From NCBI RefSeq assembly GCF_001264245.1, contig NZ_CP011339.1:4856415-4896414 (forward strand): DNA of 40,000 nucleotides. The letters are read 5' to 3'. The notes beneath the pieces are model-generated. The model made no database searches and was not told where the DNA came from. It saw nothing but the letters and a program-made list of their open reading frames with translations. The translations under genes and the position numbers were made by a program. Position 1 is the first letter of the stretch; each line of letters opens with the position of its first letter. The DNA is from Microcystis panniformis FACHB-1757 (GTDB lineage: Bacteria > Cyanobacteriota > Cyanobacteriia > Cyanobacteriales > Microcystaceae). Shown here piece after piece: positions 35,979 to 40,000 of this stretch.

Positions 35979-35998
35979 TTAGGAATTAGCAGATAGAG

Positions 35999-38900
35999 TT
36001 ACACTTTGTCGCCGCGAAGTATTTTGAATATATCAGTGACAATTCTGTTTCTAATTTCCTTTAAAGAACCTGATTTGACAGAATTTTTCGGACTTTCCAA
36101 GTAACTTTTAACCCCTTTAAATTGTTGTTCTAGATGACCACTATAGCGATTTTGTCCCAAAGAATAATCAGGATTATTCGATCTTATAATAGTTTGAGCA
36201 TCGTGTAAATCATTCAAAAGATAGGCGACCTCTGGCCAATAGCTACTATATTTTTCGTAGTTATACAAAAGGAGAATTACTCGACAGGTTGCTGCAAAAA
36301 TTTTCCCTTTAGCGGTAAACTGAGTTAACCGGTGAGGATATAAGCCTCTAATTTGAAAATCTTCGGGCATTTTTTGATCTTTATTTGGCTTTTGCTCGGT
36401 AAATATTCGCTGAAGATAGGTTTTTTCTCCTCTTTTTTCATCCACTGTTCCCTCAGATGCAATTGCCGCTCCTAAAGTAAACCTTTTCATCGCCATACGA
36501 ATACGTTCTTCTAATCCTTCTTCCTGATTATCTTTACAAAGTTCCACCAGTCCCAACCCAAATAAAAGAAGACTAGCGTGAATACCAAATAAATAAACTT
36601 TATTATCTGAATTTGAGTCAAGGTAAGTTAATGCTGACATGGGTAGCTGTATAATTTTTTCTTGAGATTGACTAGATTTAAGTTTAAGTATTTCTTGATA
36701 AAACTCGTCTAAGTGGCTGCTGCCCTTTCCGATTTCAATAATTGGGGGGATAGTTTGCACATAAATATCATTGTATTTTTCATAAACTATATTTGATATA
36801 ACAAACTCTGTCTGTTTACCACTATAATTTTTTATCTGTTGATAAGATTTTCTGCCTCGCTCTCCATAACAATCAAGAGCATTTTTAATTAAACGTTCGG
36901 CCCATTCTAGACAATTTTGGCGGCTAAATTTTTCCGTTAATCGATTGGTGTCTCCGACATAAGCAGTGATTAAATAAGACCAAATTTGATACACTGTCCA
37001 GTAAGCATAGTAATTAGCATCACCGTCTCTAGCCGCATAAATACGAGCTTTTTCTAAGAGACGAAGAGGTTCAATTAATAAATGAGTTTTGGGATTGGGT
37101 AATTGAGCAATGTAAGGGAAAAAGATATAAATTTTAGCGCGGTGAGAATAGATACGAGATAGATAATAGAAAAAAGGATGAGCATTAGTTTGAGAGTATT
37201 CACCAATGATTGCGTATTCTTTCAAATATTCCTGCAAATATTCTTCAGCAGTGTTCAAACATTCTTCAGCTTTACGAATTGCAGAACCCCTTTCTTGATG
37301 GTCACGTTCCTCATCTTCAAGGTCTGTATAAAAATGATAATCAAATAGACAGATATAGTAGAGACTAACTAATAGTTTATCGTCTAGTCGTCCCTTTTCG
37401 ATATGGGGTTTAATAACCTCAAGATATTTTTGGGCAATACGATAGAGACCCTCTTGAAGATATACTTGAATAATTGCCAAATGTGCTTCATAGGCCACCA
37501 TACTCCAAGCTTGATTATTATTAACTTCCTTGAAATTTCTCTCATCCCAATTGCGATATTTATCCTTAAACAGCTTTTTTTCTAAATAATCTTGCATAGC
37601 CCTGAGAGAGAAAGGGTAGAATTTTATCCATTTTTCTGCTTTTTCTAGTATATATTTTTCCTCAATTCTCTGACAAAGTTGTTGTAGATATTGCTGATAA
37701 TCAATTCCAGTTTTTTCAATGGCTCTCAGTCGAGCGTGAAGGGCAGACTTAGCGGCAGATTCTAGAAGATCGAATCCATAAAATTCTCCTGTTGCTAATT
37801 CTTGATCGGCGACAATTTGATTATAATTAATTTCACCTTCTAGAGATTTTTTCACATCTTCCTGTTTGCATAACTTAACCAGAGAATAAGACCAAACAGC
37901 ACTATTCCTTGTATTGCCAATCACTTTATCTTCACTGACTATTTTTTGGGTGACAGGCAGATAGCCTTGCTTTTTCAAAATATCTATCCCCTCAAACAAA
38001 AATCGATTAATTGCGGTGGTAATATGAGCGATAGGACTGCCCACACCTACCACTTCTTCACAAAATTCTAATCGACTGTTTGATTCTTCTTGCTTGAAAA
38101 ATTGGCTGATTTCTTTTTCTTCTAAGGTTGGTTTTGGTTTCCAGTTCTCTGGGGGATAGACATAAAAATACACTCGCACCCTATAAGCTATCTGTTTTTC
38201 TAATCCTTGAGCATAATACTCATTTTCGTCTTCAGGATCATCGAGAAAATCGGTATTGATTAAACCTGTTTTGCCTCGGTATAATTTTAGGGGCAGAGGT
38301 TTGACCTTCTCAATTTCTAAATAGTCGATATAAACGGGAAATTTGTCCCCTAATAAATTATTTTTGATAATTGAATTGCTCAGACTTTCCAAAAAGAGAT
38401 TCGATATGGAATCGCTAGTTAAATTATTCTTAACAAAATCTGGACATTGCCCGACAACAGTTTTAATTTGTCTGAGTCCAGCTTGAAATTCTGTCCGGCT
38501 CACTTCTCTTAAAATCTTATCAACCAAATCCTTGATAATTTCCTGCTCCGAGCCTGTTGATAAATGCTGATAATATTTTTTTAATCGGGGTTGAATATAC
38601 TCTATAATCTGATTAACTAAAGATTCATCTAGATTTTGATTATCATTTCGATCAAGAGATTTTAGGTAACTGTGTTGTTGTTTTTGGGAACTGTATAGAT
38701 TAATGGCCTGTTTATAAAAGCTAACAACGTCTAGGGAATCCGGCTGTATTTCATCGGTAATGATCTCTTTTAACTGCTCAAGTAAACCAGCTTCGGGATG
38801 AACAAGTAATTTCAATTTATCTCTTTCATCCAGAGATAACTGTGCATATTTTTTGAGAACTCGTTGTTTTTCTTGTTGGGTAAACTTATTGATCATTTTC

Positions 38901-39232
38901 TGGGCTAAACTATCCTTATTTTTGGCTGACTCTCCTTGCCAATAAGCCTCCAGTGAGCTAAGAATAGTAACTAATTTCCCCAAGCTTAAACTGGGTACCC
39001 GCTCCTCGCGTTCCTTTTCTTGGTAACGCTCTCCCATCACCGAACGCAGCACTCGCCGGACAAAAATGCGATTTTGTCCCCATTGTTTGGCTATTTTGTA
39101 CTCATTCGGTTTGGGATTATCCTCACTAATGTCCAAATCGGTCAAATTGTTGAGGAGATGCAAATACACCGCAGCATCTCTTTGTCGGTCTTCATCGCTT
39201 TGTCTTTGATTTTCTGTGTCCAGATCGCTCAT
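35999..39232 (-). CDS. Hypothetical protein, 1077 aa, helix-rich with TPR-like stretches, no recognisable catalytic motif
   Basis: A 3.2-kb stop-free frame in AT-rich DNA with an ATG start (39232-39230). An in-frame TAA 27 nt upstream fixes this as the first possible start. The N-terminus is acidic (MSDLDTENQRQSDEDRQRD). The central and C-terminal regions are Tyr/Leu/Glu-rich and helical, reminiscent of TPR/Sel1-type solenoids (for example AWSMVAYEAHLAIIQVYLQEGLYRIAQKYLEVIK and ARIYAARDGDANYYAYWTVYQIWSYLITAYVG). I found no Walker A (GxxxxGK[ST]), DEAD/DExH or HNH motif, and no obvious transposase signature. Confidence 0.85.
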   Translation of the reverse strand: MSDLDTENQRQSDEDRQRDAAVYLHLLNNLTDLDISEDNPKPNEYKIAKQWGQNRIFVRRVLRSVMGERYQEKEREERVPSLSLGKLVTILSSLEAYWQGESAKNKDSLAQKMINKFTQQEKQRVLKKYAQLSLDERDKLKLLVHPEAGLLEQLKEIITDEIQPDSLDVVSFYKQAINLYSSQKQQHSYLKSLDRNDNQNLDESLVNQIIEYIQPRLKKYYQHLSTGSEQEIIKDLVDKILREVSRTEFQAGLRQIKTVVGQCPDFVKNNLTSDSISNLFLESLSNSIIKNNLLGDKFPVYIDYLEIEKVKPLPLKLYRGKTGLINTDFLDDPEDENEYYAQGLEKQIAYRVRVYFYVYPPENWKPKPTLEEKEISQFFKQEESNSRLEFCEEVVGVGSPIAHITTAINRFLFEGIDILKKQGYLPVTQKIVSEDKVIGNTRNSAVWSYSLVKLCKQEDVKKSLEGEINYNQIVADQELATGEFYGFDLLESAAKSALHARLRAIEKTGIDYQQYLQQLCQRIEEKYILEKAEKWIKFYPFSLRAMQDYLEKKLFKDKYRNWDERNFKEVNNNQAWSMVAYEAHLAIIQVYLQEGLYRIAQKYLEVIKPHIEKGRLDDKLLVSLYYICLFDYHFYTDLEDEERDHQERGSAIRKAEECLNTAEEYLQEYLKEYAIIGEYSQTNAHPFFYYLSRIYSHRAKIYIFFPYIAQLPNPKTHLLIEPLRLLEKARIYAARDGDANYYAYWTVYQIWSYLITAYVGDTNRLTEKFSRQNCLEWAERLIKNALDCYGERGRKSYQQIKNYSGKQTEFVISNIVYEKYNDIYVQTIPPIIEIGKGSSHLDEFYQEILKLKSSQSQEKIIQLPMSALTYLDSNSDNKVYLFGIHASLLLFGLGLVELCKDNQEEGLEERIRMAMKRFTLGAAIASEGTVDEKRGEKTYLQRIFTEQKPNKDQKMPEDFQIRGLYPHRLTQFTAKGKIFAATCRVILLLYNYEKYSSYWPEVAYLLNDLHDAQTIIRSNNPDYSLGQNRYSGHLEQQFKGVKSYLESPKNSVKSGSLKEIRNRIVTDIFKILRGDKV

Positions 39233-39251
39233 AGGTTTAGATGTTACTCTG

Positions 39252-39265
39252 ATGATTTAGCCCTA
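39252..39265. repeat. Additional copy of the MITE terminal motif (ATGATTTAGCCCTA)
   Basis: It matches the right-end motif ATGAATTAGCCCTA (35468-35481) at 13 of 14 positions, in the same orientation. It lies 20 nt upstream of the start codon of the 1077-aa ORF. Confidence 0.45.
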
Positions 39266-39590
39266 GATGCCCGTTTTGATCAATTCAATAGTTATGTTCA
39301 TATAATACAGGCTAATCTGGGGGATGTGCATAAAAAATCTGCATTAATTTTTGTAAACCTTGTGAAAATTATCAGTAATTGGTTTGTTAGCCTTTGTAGT
39401 GAAACCCTGTAGATGTAGGAAAGAGGTTGCTGATGACGGAAGAGACCGATAGGGTATCCATCACTGAACTGGTGAGGGCGGCTTTTTATATGTGCATTTT
39501 CTACGCTAATACATGAAGAGTATGTACATCTTGACCATTGTTCAGTTTTTTGACAACATAGTTGGACGAGGTGATATATTTTATACCGTT

Positions 39591-39610
39591 TTTGTAACAC
39601 TTTGTAACAC
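39591..39610. repeat. Exact tandem direct repeat TTTGTAACAC x2
   Basis: TTTGTAACACTTTGTAACAC is read directly. It lies 57-76 nt upstream of the ATG at 39667 and is followed by a 6-bp-stem hairpin ACCAAA-CTAGA-TTTGGT at 39621-39637. Confidence 0.85.
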
Positions 39611-39666
39611 CTTTGCTCAGACCAAACTAGATTTGGTTGAATTTGCACTTAATGTATGAAGGGTAG

Positions 39667-40000
39667 ATGTTGCGGAAAATAATTCAATGGATTATCTTTG
39701 GGGTTGTATTAGCAATTGTTCCACTTGTAGTAGCACTTTTAATTAGAGCTACTCGGGGACAATCCACTGAACTTGTTGATTTGTTGAGAAACGGTGAACT
39801 GCTTCTCGTAACGGCCGGTATTGTGGGTGCTGCTATTGGGGATCTTTTAGGAGGCAATAGAACTCAACCTATCTTTGAGCTATTCTCTGGAGGTGCGTGC
39901 GTTTTAATCTTGGTTGTTTCTTCCATATTATATGCCGATGTTTCCGCTGCTCATGCGTCCCAACAACCAGTGAATATTGCTGTAATTGAAAGATCTTCAC
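39667..40000 (+). CDS. Small multi-pass membrane protein, 5' part (runs off the right edge)
   Basis: The ATG at 39667 is immediately preceded by an in-frame TAG and a GAAGGG SD-like sequence. The frame is open for all 111 codons to the window end. My translation is MLRKIIQWIIFGVVLAIVPLVVALLIRATRGQSTELVDLLRNGELLLVTAGIVGAAIGDLLGGNRTQPIFELFSGGACVLILVVSSILYADVSAAHASQQPVNIAVIERSS, with three clear hydrophobic helices. It is not in the supplied ORF track, presumably because no stop lies in the window. Confidence 0.6.
   Translation, partial: MLRKIIQWIIFGVVLAIVPLVVALLIRATRGQSTELVDLLRNGELLLVTAGIVGAAIGDLLGGNRTQPIFELFSGGACVLILVVSSILYADVSAAHASQQPVNIAVIERSS

Noticed and set aside
39020-39412. 130-aa plus-strand ORF.
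   Set aside because: Its first two-thirds are antisense to the 5' end of the 1077-aa ORF. The hydrophobic, low-complexity translation is typical of antisense frames.
39411-39419. 9-nt match AGATGTAGG to the left flank and TIR junction of the MITE (35238-35246).
   Set aside because: It is too short: about 0.04 chance matches are expected in the 5-kb flank, and the similarity does not extend on either side.
39593-39609. NtcA-like site TGTA-N8-TAAC within the tandem 10-mer.
   Set aside because: The second half-site is TAA, not the required TAC (consensus GTA-N8-TAC), and there is no properly spaced -10 box. The resemblance follows from the repeat itself.
39298-39648. 116-aa minus-strand ORF in the divergent spacer, which would lie just upstream of the 1077-aa gene.
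   Set aside because: The frame is unusually long for non-coding AT-rich DNA, so I looked twice. It has a GTG start only, no ATG anywhere in the frame and no SD. Its composition is Cys/Gln-rich and odd, and it spans the tandem repeat and hairpin. A real small gene cannot be excluded without conservation or Ribo-seq data.

Overview
Nt 1-35063 (all + strand) carry mcyD-mcyE-mcyF-mcyG-mcyH-mcyI-mcyJ, the PKS-rich half of a microcystin synthetase cluster. The gene order is the one known from Microcystis. Two giant PKS or PKS/NRPS genes, a racemase, an A-domain-primed PKS, an ABC exporter, a 2-hydroxyacid dehydrogenase and an O-methyltransferase are packed with spacers of 8-166 bp. mcyA-C and the bidirectional mcyA/mcyD promoter would lie beyond the left edge, because nt 1 is already the mcyD ATG. 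This part is well-described biology. The one thing in it that I find unusual is that the module-1 acyltransferase region of McyD lacks every catalytic AT motif that the other three ATs in the window keep. The last 5 kb is different DNA. It holds a repeat-rich convergent spacer with a 238-bp MITE-like element and a perfect 26-bp palindrome. Next comes a start-less C-terminal remnant of dnaN (beta clamp domain III), which abuts, 20 nt away, the stop of a 1077-aa minus-strand ORF with no catalytic or nucleotide-binding motif I can recognise. A 434-bp divergent spacer follows, containing another copy of the MITE terminal motif and a tandem 10-mer. The window ends with the 5' part of a small multi-pass membrane protein. 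The only candidates for something undescribed are this 1077-aa ORF, possibly paired with the membrane protein, and the motif-bounded 4-kb block it sits in. I cannot assign a function from sequence alone. No rRNA, tRNA or CRISPR array was seen.
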